Part shown: one piece after another, positions 1 through 8,285 of the stretch
Layout: every line of letters starts with the position of its first letter
Numbering within the stretch: position 1 is the first letter of the stretch
From: Clostridia bacterium
Lineage (GTDB): Bacteria > Bacillota > Clostridia > Christensenellales > CAG-138
Direction: 5' to 3'
Assembly (NCBI GenBank): GCA_036677445.1
Contig: JAVBWI010000006.1
Coordinates: 15,462 to 79,461 of the forward strand
DNA: 64,000 nucleotides
Notes under the pieces: generated by a model
Told to the model about the DNA's origin: nothing
Seen by the model: the letters and a program-made list of their open reading frames with translations, nothing else
Databases searched by the model: none
Made by a program: the position numbers and the translations under genes

Positions 1-860
1 TCGAGGGGCTCAAGGCATATCGCGCCAAAAACGATGATATTCTTCTGTTCCGCGCGCGAGACAATGCACGCAGGCTGAACCAGAGCGCGGAGCGCATGTG
101 CATGCCGCAGATCGACGTGGAAATGAATTATGAGGCGATGGCGACGCTCATTGATATCGAGCGCGACTGGGTACCGCACAGCCCCGGCACCACACTGTAT
201 ATCCGACCCACCATGATTGCCGACGGCTCGGAATTGGGCGTGCATGCCGCGCATAAGTATATCTATTATATCATCTGCTCTCCTTCGGGCGCATATTATG
301 CTACCGGTCTAGCACCCATTCGCATATATGTTGAAGATGAATATGTCCGTGCGGTCAAGGGCGGTACGGGTTACGCGAAAACGGGCGGCAACTATGCCTC
401 CAGCCTCAAAGCTGCGGAAGTTGCGGCGAAAAAGGGTTTCGATCAGGTGCTGTGGCTTGACGGCGCCGAGCGCAAGTATATTGAGGAAGTGGGCGCCATG
501 AACATGATGTTCGTCATCGGCGACACCCTTTGCACCGCCGCGCTGCAGGGCAGCATACTCCCCGGCATCACCCGTATGTCCATACTCGCACTCGCGCGCG
601 AAATGGGGATGAAGGTGGAAGAGCGCAAGATCTCCGTAGCGGAACTGATGGAAGCCGGCGAAAGCGGCGACCTTAAGGAAGCTTTTGGCACCGGCACTGC
701 CGCCGTTGTTTCCCCCGTTGGCGAATTGACTTATAAAGACAAGAGCGTCGTTGTGAACGGCAATAAGATCGGAACGCTGACCCAGAAGTTCTACGATACG
801 CTCACAGGCATCCAACTGGGCGAAATCGAGGATACATACGGCTGGGTCACTCGTGTATAA
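1..860 (+). CDS. ilvE: Branched-chain amino acid aminotransferase (class IV), 5' end outside window
   Basis: Frame 3 is open from base 3 (EGLKAYRAKNDDILLFRARDNARRLNQSAERM) and runs into the 96..860 ORF. BCAT-like motifs LYIRP, GGTGYAKTGGNYASSL and GTGTAAVVSPV are present. Confidence 0.85.
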   Translation, partial: EGLKAYRAKNDDILLFRARDNARRLNQSAERMCMPQIDVEMNYEAMATLIDIERDWVPHSPGTTLYIRPTMIADGSELGVHAAHKYIYYIICSPSGAYYATGLAPIRIYVEDEYVRAVKGGTGYAKTGGNYASSLKAAEVAAKKGFDQVLWLDGAERKYIEEVGAMNMMFVIGDTLCTAALQGSILPGITRMSILALAREMGMKVEERKISVAELMEAGESGDLKEAFGTGTAAVVSPVGELTYKDKSVVVNGNKIGTLTQKFYDTLTGIQLGEIEDTYGWVTRV

Positions 861-874
861 GAATTGGGATTTTA

Positions 875-911
875 AGGAAGCATGGAGAGTAGGATACTCT
901 TCGTGCTTCCT
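875..911 (+). terminator. Long imperfect hairpin just after ilvE (possible terminator, no clear U-tract)
   Basis: AGGAAGCA..GGAGAGTA-gga-TACTCTTC..TGCTTCCT starts 15 nt after the ilvE stop. It is followed by ATAGATCG rather than a T-run. Confidence 0.3.
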
Positions 912-940
912 ATAGATCGTAAAGGAGAATCCATAGACCC

Positions 941-2860
941 ATGAGAAGAGTGATTTCAGCCATATGCATCCTTGTGATGATGATGGCAGCCAGCACAACG
1001 GCGCTTGCTGCGACTGTTCAGGTTGCAACAGAGCCCGCGCAATTGACTTCAGCCGGTACGGTGAAGATCAAGTTCTCCATAGCAAATGATTCGGCCTATG
1101 AAATGAGAAATATCAACATCAGCGGTTTCGGGATCTCCGGTTCGGATACATTATCCAGTCAGGTCGTTCCCCCCAACGGCGCTTTGAATTTCTCACTTAA
1201 TGGCATAGAGATCTCGGAGGATATGCTGGGCCAGACATTGACATATACCCTCACATGGACCGAAAACGGTCAGCAGAAATCCAAAGATGTCGGCGTTAAA
1301 GTCGGTACGCAGCAGGCTTTGGAGATGACTGCGACACGTACAGCAAGCAAGACTTCCGGCAAGGAAGGCGATAAGATCATACTTACGTACACCCTGAACA
1401 ACCCGGGTACGCTGAGCATGACGGATATTACCGTCAAAGACAGCATTGCGGGCAACACGGCGGTTGCAAGCGGCTTATCCATCGAGCCGGGCGCATCAAA
1501 AACGGTAACATATGAATATACGCTGGGCAAGCAGGATGCCTCCAGCCAGCCCACCGTTACATACAAGCTCAACGGCGAAGGCAAAGCGCTTACCATTGAC
1601 GCCTTGGCAATTTTAGTGGTAAACGTGCAGCTGGATGTCGCCGTTGCCACCAACGACCCGACCCCTGAAGGCGTGCTGTTCACACTGGTGCTGACGAATA
1701 AAGGCAACCAAACGATTAATAAGATCGTTGTCAAAGACGAATTGGGCAACAGCGTTAATGAGGATAGTTTTACGCTTGAAGCCGGTAAAGAGAAGACGCT
1801 CAGCTATACTGTACCGACGACAGAGCTTCGCAATGTTTCGTTCACCATCACAGGCACGGATGCGTCGGGGCAGCCATACGAAAACAAGACGACAAGTTAC
1901 GAAGTAAAGCCGTATGTAGACCCCGGCAATGTATCGCTCTCGCTGGTAGCGACGGTGCTTCAGCCGTTGTCGGACAGCGGACGCATGCAGGTGCGCTTTG
2001 CTGTTCAAAACAATTCCAATGTGGATATCACGGATGCGGTCATATCCGAAACGGAACTTGGCACCTTGGAAACGATCGATATATTGCCGCTGGGCGAAAC
2101 TGTCGTTGAAAAGGAACTGTTGGTCGGCGACCCGAGAGAGCTGGAGTTTACGCTTACCGCTTCAGACCCTTCCGGCGCGCAGCATATCAATCAGGCGAAG
2201 GTGACGGCCGCATACGTTGCGCTCGCTTCGCCCACGCCCGTGGTCACTGACGATGAAGGAGAGGAAGGTGCCGCAGCGGGCGGCATGAGCGATACGCTCA
2301 TTACGGTTCTGATCGTGCTGGCGGCGCTGATGGCGGTAGCGGGGATCGCTCTGCTGGCGTTGTCGATCTATGAACGCAAGCGCAACGCCGCAATGGAGGA
2401 CGACGACGAACCGGATGAGCTCCCGCGCGCCCGTATGGGCACACAGCCCCGTGGGGATGTGATTGGAAGAAGGGAAGCGGACATCCCATCCGCACGGTTC
2501 GCGCAGCGGCCCGGCCAGGCACCCATTCCTTCACAGCGGCCCGGCCAGGCGCCCATACCACAGCGCCCCCCGCAGCCGGTTCAGAGTACAGCCCCGACGG
2601 CACAGGCGCGTCCCGCGGCGCAGCAGCCGTATCCGCCGGTAAAGGCGGGGCAGCCGCCGCAGGCGCCGGTCCAGCCGCAGGGTTCCGTTCAGCGGCCGCC
2701 GCAAAATATGCAGTATCAGCAACAGCAACAAAATGCGCAGTATCAGCCGCAGGCAAAGGTGGCGCCGCAGGCAGCGCCGGTAGTTCCGCCAATACCGCAG
2801 GCTTCCCCGGAAATTCGCAACCGTGTGCATCGAGTACGCCCGGCGGATAAGGATCAATAA
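941..2860 (+). CDS. Membrane-anchored surface protein with repeated beta-rich (CARDB/DUF11-like) modules and a Pro/Gln-rich tail; function unknown
   Basis: Signal peptide MRRVISAICILVMMMAASTTALA. Several roughly 100-aa modules carry recurring TYT/TYEYTL and NxG motifs. One TM helix (LITVLIVLAALMAVAGIALLAL) is followed by a roughly 170-aa P/Q-rich tail. SD AAAGGAG lies upstream. Confidence 0.6.
   Translation: MRRVISAICILVMMMAASTTALAATVQVATEPAQLTSAGTVKIKFSIANDSAYEMRNINISGFGISGSDTLSSQVVPPNGALNFSLNGIEISEDMLGQTLTYTLTWTENGQQKSKDVGVKVGTQQALEMTATRTASKTSGKEGDKIILTYTLNNPGTLSMTDITVKDSIAGNTAVASGLSIEPGASKTVTYEYTLGKQDASSQPTVTYKLNGEGKALTIDALAILVVNVQLDVAVATNDPTPEGVLFTLVLTNKGNQTINKIVVKDELGNSVNEDSFTLEAGKEKTLSYTVPTTELRNVSFTITGTDASGQPYENKTTSYEVKPYVDPGNVSLSLVATVLQPLSDSGRMQVRFAVQNNSNVDITDAVISETELGTLETIDILPLGETVVEKELLVGDPRELEFTLTASDPSGAQHINQAKVTAAYVALASPTPVVTDDEGEEGAAAGGMSDTLITVLIVLAALMAVAGIALLALSIYERKRNAAMEDDDEPDELPRARMGTQPRGDVIGRREADIPSARFAQRPGQAPIPSQRPGQAPIPQRPPQPVQSTAPTAQARPAAQQPYPPVKAGQPPQAPVQPQGSVQRPPQNMQYQQQQQNAQYQPQAKVAPQAAPVVPPIPQASPEIRNRVHRVRPADKDQ
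2504..2563 (+). repeat. Tandem 30-nt direct repeat (x2) inside the P/Q-rich tail coding region
   Basis: CAGCGGCCCGGCCAGGC(A/G)CCCAT(T/A)CC occurs at 2504 and again at 2534. It encodes QRPGQAPIPS / QRPGQAPIPQ. Confidence 0.8.
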
Positions 2861-2879
2861 AGCCGCGCATGGCGCGTTA

Positions 2880-2905
2880 GGGAGGCGTAGAGCCTCCCTT
2901 TTATT
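2880..2905 (+). terminator. Intrinsic terminator after the surface-protein gene
   Basis: GGGAGGC-gtaga-GCCTCCC followed by TTTTATT. Confidence 0.7.
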
Positions 2906-2990
2906 GCGAGACTTTACTTTTCGGTCGGCTTTTGATTTTTCACAGCTTGCAGGCGCTCGGCTGATACTATGAAGGAAAGGGACAAGCAGT

Positions 2991-3659
2991 ATGGATACAT
3001 TTCGCGGTTTAACGGAGGATACCTATCGCTTTTTCTGGGAATTGGCGTTTCATAATGATTCCGTATTTTTTGAAGAGAATCGCAAACGTTATGAGACGGT
3101 AGTGAAAAAGCCGATGCTGCAGATTGCCGCCGCGCTTGCGGATACGGCGTTGCAGGTGGATCCTTCGTTTAATGTGCGCCCTGCCGCAGTGGTCTCGCGT
3201 ATCCGGCGGGATACGCGCTATACCAAGGATAAATCGCCGTATCGGGACCATGCTTTTCTGTCTTACAAATACCCGGGTATGTCCACGGGGGAAAGCTTCG
3301 TGCTTTACGCCGAGTTTGAGCGCGACGCTTACGGCTACGGTATGGGGATGTATTGCCCTTTGCCGCAGTATATGGCGGATGTGCGCAAGCGTATGCTGGC
3401 GCAGCCCAGCCGGTTTCTCTCACTGGTCAACGACCAGTCGGTAAGCGGAAAATTTGAAGTGCACGGCGAAGACTATAAGCGCCCAAGGTTTCCGGATGCC
3501 CCAAAGGAGCTGCAGCCGTGGCTTAATAAACGGGGCCTGGCATTCTGTTATTCCTCCAAGGCGCTGCCTAACACCATGAAGCCGGAGCTGGTCGAGGAAA
3601 TAAAAGAGGGCTTCCTAATATTGAAGCCGCTGTACCGTTTCATTCAGGGGATCGAATAA
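2991..3659 (+). CDS. DUF2461 (TIGR02453) family protein
   Basis: N-terminal FFWELAFHNDSVFFEENRKRYE and central VSRIRRDTRYTKDKSPYRDH match the DUF2461 pattern (NN..WF...Y ... RI.RD.RF..DK.PYK) as I recall it. Confidence 0.7.
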   Translation: MDTFRGLTEDTYRFFWELAFHNDSVFFEENRKRYETVVKKPMLQIAAALADTALQVDPSFNVRPAAVVSRIRRDTRYTKDKSPYRDHAFLSYKYPGMSTGESFVLYAEFERDAYGYGMGMYCPLPQYMADVRKRMLAQPSRFLSLVNDQSVSGKFEVHGEDYKRPRFPDAPKELQPWLNKRGLAFCYSSKALPNTMKPELVEEIKEGFLILKPLYRFIQGIE

Positions 3660-3675
3660 GCAAAAAAACCATAAA

Positions 3676-3711
3676 GGAGGCGGGTTACTCAATACTGAGT
3701 AACCCGCCTCC
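3676..3711. terminator. Bidirectional terminator between convergent genes
   Basis: Perfect 15-bp stem GGAGGCGGGTTACTC-aatact-GAGTAACCCGCCTCC. An A-run lies upstream and a T-rich stretch downstream. Confidence 0.8.
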
Positions 3712-3728
3712 TCTGTTTGACCATTACA

Positions 3729-5612
3729 TTAGGGTATACTGTAAATTCGCACCGAATCGTTCTCGAAAACAATGGGGAACTGCGCATAATACGCTTCGTC
3801 AACCGCAAAGGAATATCGTTCGCTGTTGCCAAGCAATACGTAGTCAATGCCGTATTGCTCCTGCAGCATCGCAAAATACTCTTCCGGCTGCTCATACAAC
3901 AGGCGTACCTGCTGCTCACGCGTTTCGTAGTCGATACCATGATAAAAGAGATACGCGCCGGTACCGCAGAATATGTCGCGGCCGGTCAGGGAGGAAACGG
4001 CGTTGTTGTGGTTGGTGGCTGTCAAAAACAACGAGTCTGCCTCGGTATTCGTTTGGATGTAAGCCGCGGCCTCCACTTCGTCGGCGCTGAACAGCTCATA
4101 ATCGCTTATGCATTCGCGTCCCAGCGTCAATACGCCCGAAAGGAAAAGCACGCATAGGGTACAAACCGCCAGGTATCTGCGCCCGCCAAAGCCTTGCAGC
4201 AGGGCGTACAGCTCCATAAGCAGCTTGGCGACGATCCCGCAGGTAAAGGCGAACCAAATAAAAAGCAGCTTATTGTTGTCGTAGGGGTTGGGCTGAAACT
4301 GTATAAACTCCCCAAGCAGCCAAATGAGCGCAGCGCCGCCGTAAAAAACGCGTTCCTCTTTTGAAAGCCGGAAAAACGCGATGGGCAGCAGTACGAAAAG
4401 AAGCCCCAAATTCTTGATATAGAACCATAAAAAGGAATCGGTCTCATTTCCCCAATTGAAGTGCGGCTGCAAAAAGTCGCCCGACTGGCGGAAGGTAAAC
4501 AGCAACAGCTGCGGCGCGGCGATGGCCGCGGTAATCAGAGCATAAAAAAGCCAGCCGCGAAGCAGCGTGCGTGGCTGCTGCTTTATAAGCGCATACAGCA
4601 CATACACGATGCTGATGATGCCCAGCGCAAGGAAGGAGTGCGTATGCACAAGCGGCATACAGCCGGCGATGATTCCCAGGTACAGGAACAGCTTTGGCTC
4701 GTTTTCAAAAGCGGCGCGCCGAAGCAGATACAGGCAGGGGAATAGCAACGCCCAGCCAAACAACGTCGCGCGCTGCGGGATGAGCATATCCGCAATGGGG
4801 TTGACCCACCGAAGGCCGCCGAACGTGTAGTTTGTGGGCGTGTGATAAAATTCCGTGAATATACGTGAAAAGTTATCCGGACTTTCCCTGATCAGGTCAA
4901 AGAAATACCAGAAGCCGAAACCGCCGCCTATAAAGAACAGCAGTGTGGCAAGTATCGCCGTGCCACGCCGCTTAAACCACTGCTCAAAAAAGAAATACAC
5001 CCCCAGCAACACCAACGAAAACGCAAGCAGCGCGGGCAGCAGCATGGAGAACCGCAAAGAGGCGCCCAGCACATGAAATGTGGCGCTCACGCTGTCGCAA
5101 AGGAATGGATAACCTACCGCCATACCGGGGAAAATGGAATATTCCGGCGGGAACATGCCCTGTTCGGAGATACTGGTCACAAGGCCAAGATGCAGCGGAA
5201 GATCGCCGAATGTGGATTGTCCCACATGCAGCGCGCCCTGCTGCGGCTCAATATAATGCGTTAAAAACAGGAATATGCCAAGCGCCAAGAGAGGCAGCAG
5301 CGTATAGAACACACTGCGTTCATCCTTCCAGGCGCTGTGCCGGATTTCACGTTTGCGCGATAAGCTGTATGAAAAGAGACCGACGCATGCACAAACAAAA
5401 AGCGCGATGCATTGCGAAAGCACCGTAAAGCCGAGCACAAAGCTGGTAAGAGCGGGCAGCCAAAGCAAAAGCAGCAGAGCGAAAACGCCCCCCAGCCATA
5501 AGCGAACCAAAGTCCGCTCATGTGCAAAAGAGACGCGCGCTATGCAGTGCCCGGCGGCGAGATATAAGCAAAGGCAGAGGAATGAAACGATATTCAGCAA
5601 CAGCATTGGCAT
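3729..5612 (-). CDS. Large polytopic membrane protein with C-terminal soluble domain (GT-C-like glycosyltransferase architecture, tentative)
   Basis: 627 aa with 12 or more hydrophobic helices by eye, then a roughly 130-aa hydrophilic C-terminus. The start codon shares one base with the stop of the upstream PH-domain gene (TAATG). Confidence 0.6.
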   Translation of the reverse strand: MPMLLLNIVSFLCLCLYLAAGHCIARVSFAHERTLVRLWLGGVFALLLLLWLPALTSFVLGFTVLSQCIALFVCACVGLFSYSLSRKREIRHSAWKDERSVFYTLLPLLALGIFLFLTHYIEPQQGALHVGQSTFGDLPLHLGLVTSISEQGMFPPEYSIFPGMAVGYPFLCDSVSATFHVLGASLRFSMLLPALLAFSLVLLGVYFFFEQWFKRRGTAILATLLFFIGGGFGFWYFFDLIRESPDNFSRIFTEFYHTPTNYTFGGLRWVNPIADMLIPQRATLFGWALLFPCLYLLRRAAFENEPKLFLYLGIIAGCMPLVHTHSFLALGIISIVYVLYALIKQQPRTLLRGWLFYALITAAIAAPQLLLFTFRQSGDFLQPHFNWGNETDSFLWFYIKNLGLLFVLLPIAFFRLSKEERVFYGGAALIWLLGEFIQFQPNPYDNNKLLFIWFAFTCGIVAKLLMELYALLQGFGGRRYLAVCTLCVLFLSGVLTLGRECISDYELFSADEVEAAAYIQTNTEADSLFLTATNHNNAVSSLTGRDIFCGTGAYLFYHGIDYETREQQVRLLYEQPEEYFAMLQEQYGIDYVLLGNSERYSFAVDEAYYAQFPIVFENDSVRIYSIP

Positions 5613-6061
5613 TAATCGGGAATTCCGTCTCCATTGACATCCGCAAACACCTGATCGGCAACGTTGTCATCATGTATCAGGCCGGCTGCCCCATATATTT
5701 CGCGGCCGGTAATGCCCTTCGCGGTACGCTCCCGCTCGACGATACGGCTTAAAAACTTGCGTACGGCGTCGGACTTTTTGATGTTTTTAATCTCGAAGGT
5801 ATTGTTCGATTGGTCGGCGCTGAAAAGCGTAATTGTGCCAACGCCGCATAGCTTCTGGCCCAACGTGCGCACCAATTTGAGATCCAGAATACGATAGAGC
5901 AGTATCTCATTGGTTTCGGTGCGGAAAAATCCTGTACGGGTCGTGAAGCGGTCGTTGTCCACCTCATAAACGGTGAAGCTTAGAGGCAGGCCCAGTATCC
6001 GCTTGCGGTCACGCCAGAGTATTTTTTCTTCAACATTTTCAAAATCGGGCTTTCTCGCCAT
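5612..6061 (-). CDS. Bacterial PH-domain (bPH_2/YdbT-like) protein
   Basis: ILWRDRKRILGLPLSFTVYEVDNDRFTTRTGFF..ILLYRILDLKL..GVGTITLFSAD fits the bPH_2 pattern. The start was moved to MARKPDF because GGAGGA lies 6 nt upstream of that ATG. Confidence 0.7.
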   Translation of the reverse strand: MARKPDFENVEEKILWRDRKRILGLPLSFTVYEVDNDRFTTRTGFFRTETNEILLYRILDLKLVRTLGQKLCGVGTITLFSADQSNNTFEIKNIKKSDAVRKFLSRIVERERTAKGITGREIYGAAGLIHDDNVADQVFADVNGDGIPD

Positions 6062-6173
6062 ACAATATCCTCCGTTCTCATGCTTATTGAGGCTATTATA
6101 CTCCATCAAGTATCAAGAGGAAAGAGGTTGGGCATACATAAACAAGAACAGCACGCGATCAGGAGGTGAAGCG

Positions 6174-6737
6174 ATGCAGTGGTTCAAGAATAACGTAAGG
6201 ATGCTGCTGTACATGATCCTTATCCTCGCTTTGGGGGTATGGGGCGGCTTTACGTTGCGCGATATGCAGATGCCAAAAAGCGAGACGCCGGTGCAGACGC
6301 CCATCGCGGAGCCTGTGAGTCAGATCGGGGAGGCGAGTATACTGCCGGATACGGAGGTAACGATGCGCTATACCTTCCTTCTGTGCGGGCATACGCTTGA
6401 GCAGCATCAGACCGGCGGGCCTCTTATAGGAAATACGCTGGAGGATATTACAACATCCTTTCCGGATGCGCGCGTGCAGGAATTGAACGGCAAGCGTGCG
6501 ATCATCGAGCGTGAGCTGGAACGCTATTGTCCCGCGCATATTCTGCTGTTCCTGGATGGCGCGGGTAACTTGTGCATTTCCCATACGGATGAGACGGATT
6601 ATGAAAAGGACGTTGTTACCACGCTTACATACGATGTATCGGGTTTGCCTGAGGAGGTCATTTCACTGTTGGAGGAAGGCATGGTATTTGACAGCCTTGA
6701 GCAGGTGAACGCATATTTGGAGGATGTCGAAAGTTAG
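6174..6737 (+). CDS. Membrane-anchored hypothetical protein
   Basis: AGGAGG lies 7 nt upstream of the ATG at 6174, and the N-terminal anchor is MQWFKNNVRMLLYMILILALGVWGG. The longer 5973 start would overlap the opposite-strand PH-domain gene. Confidence 0.55.
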   Translation: MQWFKNNVRMLLYMILILALGVWGGFTLRDMQMPKSETPVQTPIAEPVSQIGEASILPDTEVTMRYTFLLCGHTLEQHQTGGPLIGNTLEDITTSFPDARVQELNGKRAIIERELERYCPAHILLFLDGAGNLCISHTDETDYEKDVVTTLTYDVSGLPEEVISLLEEGMVFDSLEQVNAYLEDVES

Positions 6738-6762
6738 ATTTCGCGATGTGAATAAAGGCGCA

Positions 6763-6972
6763 GATAAACTCCTTGGGGATCAGGGATCAGCCCAGGGAGG
6801 CTTCCAACCGCCGCCAGCGACATGTGCGGTGGCGGGCGTCGCAAGGCTTTCCTTGCAGGAACAACCGCCCGTGCCATAGGCACAGGTTGTTCTTGTAATC
6901 TTCGAAGAAGTGCCGCAAGGCACTTCTTCGACTGAAAGGCGCTGTATCTCCAACGGGATACAGGCCTTTTTT
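6763..6972 (+). repeat. Structured intergenic element, copy A (candidate ncRNA or 3'UTR element ending in its own terminator)
   Basis: Shares four conserved blocks with 34285..34553. It contains hairpins CCGCCGCC/GGTGGCGG, CAGGAACAACC/GGTTGTTCTTG and CGAAGAAGTGCC-gcaa-GGCACTTCTTCG. It ends in the terminator CTGTATC..GATACAGGCCTTTTTT (6935-6972). Confidence 0.7.
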
Positions 6973-6974
6973 CG

Positions 6975-7003
6975 TTGCATACGCCGCACGCAGGTTGTAT
7001 ACT
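6975..7003 (+). promoter_or_regulatory. Sigma-A-type promoter for proA
   Basis: TTGCAT-17 nt-TATACT, located between the element-A terminator and the proA SD and ATG. Confidence 0.55.
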
Positions 7004-7030
7004 TGACTATAACAAGGGGAGGCGAGGGAT

Positions 7031-8272
7031 ATGGAATTATTGGAACAGGCACAAGCGGCAAGGGCGTCTTCGTATGCGATGATGACTTCGCCATCCCCCG
7101 TCAGGGATGCCGCGCTCTATGCCATGGCGGATGCGCTGGAGCAGAACGCGCCGTACATATTGGAACAAAATGAAAGGGATATTGAGGCTTCCCGTCAGGC
7201 AGGCAGGGGAGAGGCGCTGCTGGACAGATTGCGGCTGAATACGGCGCGCATCCAAGGGATGGCGAACGGCCTGCGCAAGGTGGCCGCATTGCCCGACCCT
7301 ATCGGCGGCGAGGATTTTGTGATCAAACGCCCCAACGGGCTTTCTATTGGGAAACGGCGCGTACCGCTTGGCGTGATCGGCATCATTTACGAAGCGCGCC
7401 CGAACGTTACGTCCGACGCCATCGGCCTGTGCGTCAAATCCGGCAATGCGGTGCTGCTGCGCGGAGGCTCTGAGGCTATCCATTCCAATGTAGCGGTGGC
7501 GGAAGTCGTATCCCGCGCGGCGTATGCGGCGGGGCTGCCCGAAGGCAGCATACAGCTTATACGTGACACCTCGCGTGAAACCGCCACGCAGATGATGCGC
7601 CTGAACGGTTATATCGATGTTCTCATTCCGCGCGGCGGCGCACAGCTCATCCGTTCCGTGGTGCAGAACGCTACCGTACCCGTCATAGAAACGGGCTTGG
7701 GCAACTGCCACACCTATGTGGATAACACGGCGAATGTCGCTATGGCAGCGAGTATCGTATTCAATGCCAAGGTTTCCCGTCCGGCGGTCTGCAACGCTAT
7801 GGAAACATTGTTGGTGCAGGAAGGTATGGCGAACGCGCACTTGCAAGAGATCGCTGCGCCTATGCTGGATCGCGGCGTTGAACTGCGCGGTTGCCCGCGT
7901 GCCTGCGCGCTGCTGCCCGGCATTAAGGAAGCCACAGAAGCGGATTGGGAAACGGAATATCACGACTATATACTTGCTGTGCGCGTGGTGGACAGCTTGG
8001 ATGAAGCTATCGCGCATATCAACCGCTACGGGACCCGCCACAGCGAATGCATTATAACGAGCGACTATACCGCTGCAGAGCGTTTTTTGAACGAGGTGGA
8101 CGCTGCCGCCGTTTATGTCAACGCCTCCACCCGGTTTACCGATGGCGAGGAATTCGGCTTTGGGGCGGAGATAGGCATCAGCACGCAAAAGCTGCACGCG
8201 CGCGGCCCCATGGGGCTTTTTGAGCTGACGACAGTCAAATATGTGGTTCGGGGGGACGGTCAGGTCCGCTGA
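7031..8272 (+). CDS. proA: Gamma-glutamyl phosphate reductase (glutamate-5-semialdehyde dehydrogenase)
   Basis: 413 aa. Motifs PLGVIGIIYEARPNVT, GNAVLLRGGSEA and NASTRFTDGEEFGFGAEIGISTQKLHARGPMG are present. Confidence 0.95.
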   Translation: MELLEQAQAARASSYAMMTSPSPVRDAALYAMADALEQNAPYILEQNERDIEASRQAGRGEALLDRLRLNTARIQGMANGLRKVAALPDPIGGEDFVIKRPNGLSIGKRRVPLGVIGIIYEARPNVTSDAIGLCVKSGNAVLLRGGSEAIHSNVAVAEVVSRAAYAAGLPEGSIQLIRDTSRETATQMMRLNGYIDVLIPRGGAQLIRSVVQNATVPVIETGLGNCHTYVDNTANVAMAASIVFNAKVSRPAVCNAMETLLVQEGMANAHLQEIAAPMLDRGVELRGCPRACALLPGIKEATEADWETEYHDYILAVRVVDSLDEAIAHINRYGTRHSECIITSDYTAAERFLNEVDAAAVYVNASTRFTDGEEFGFGAEIGISTQKLHARGPMGLFELTTVKYVVRGDGQVR

Positions 8273-8285
8273 CGAATAGAGCAAC

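Noticed and set aside
2504-2563. Tandem repeat considered as a CRISPR or other array
   Set aside because: There are only two in-frame 30-nt units with no spacers, inside a coding region. It is a coding tandem repeat.
2301-2870. 189-aa minus-strand ORF opposite the P/Q-rich tail
   Set aside because: It is the antisense of a Pro/Gln/Ala repeat region (CCG/CAG/GCG codons), which reads as Ala/Gly/Arg/Pro-rich nonsense. It has no start context.
5973-6173. N-terminal extension of the 5973..6737 ORF
   Set aside because: The extension overlaps the PH-domain gene on the other strand and lacks an SD. ATG 6174 has AGGAGG at ideal spacing and yields a typical membrane-anchor N-terminus.
6763-7030. Element A as a proline or other riboswitch or T-box leader for proA
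   Set aside because: The element ends in its own terminator, and a near-consensus sigma-A promoter for proA lies downstream of that terminator. The second copy precedes an unrelated gene (cheR). No T-box, GEMM, ykkC, glycine or SAM signature sequences were seen.
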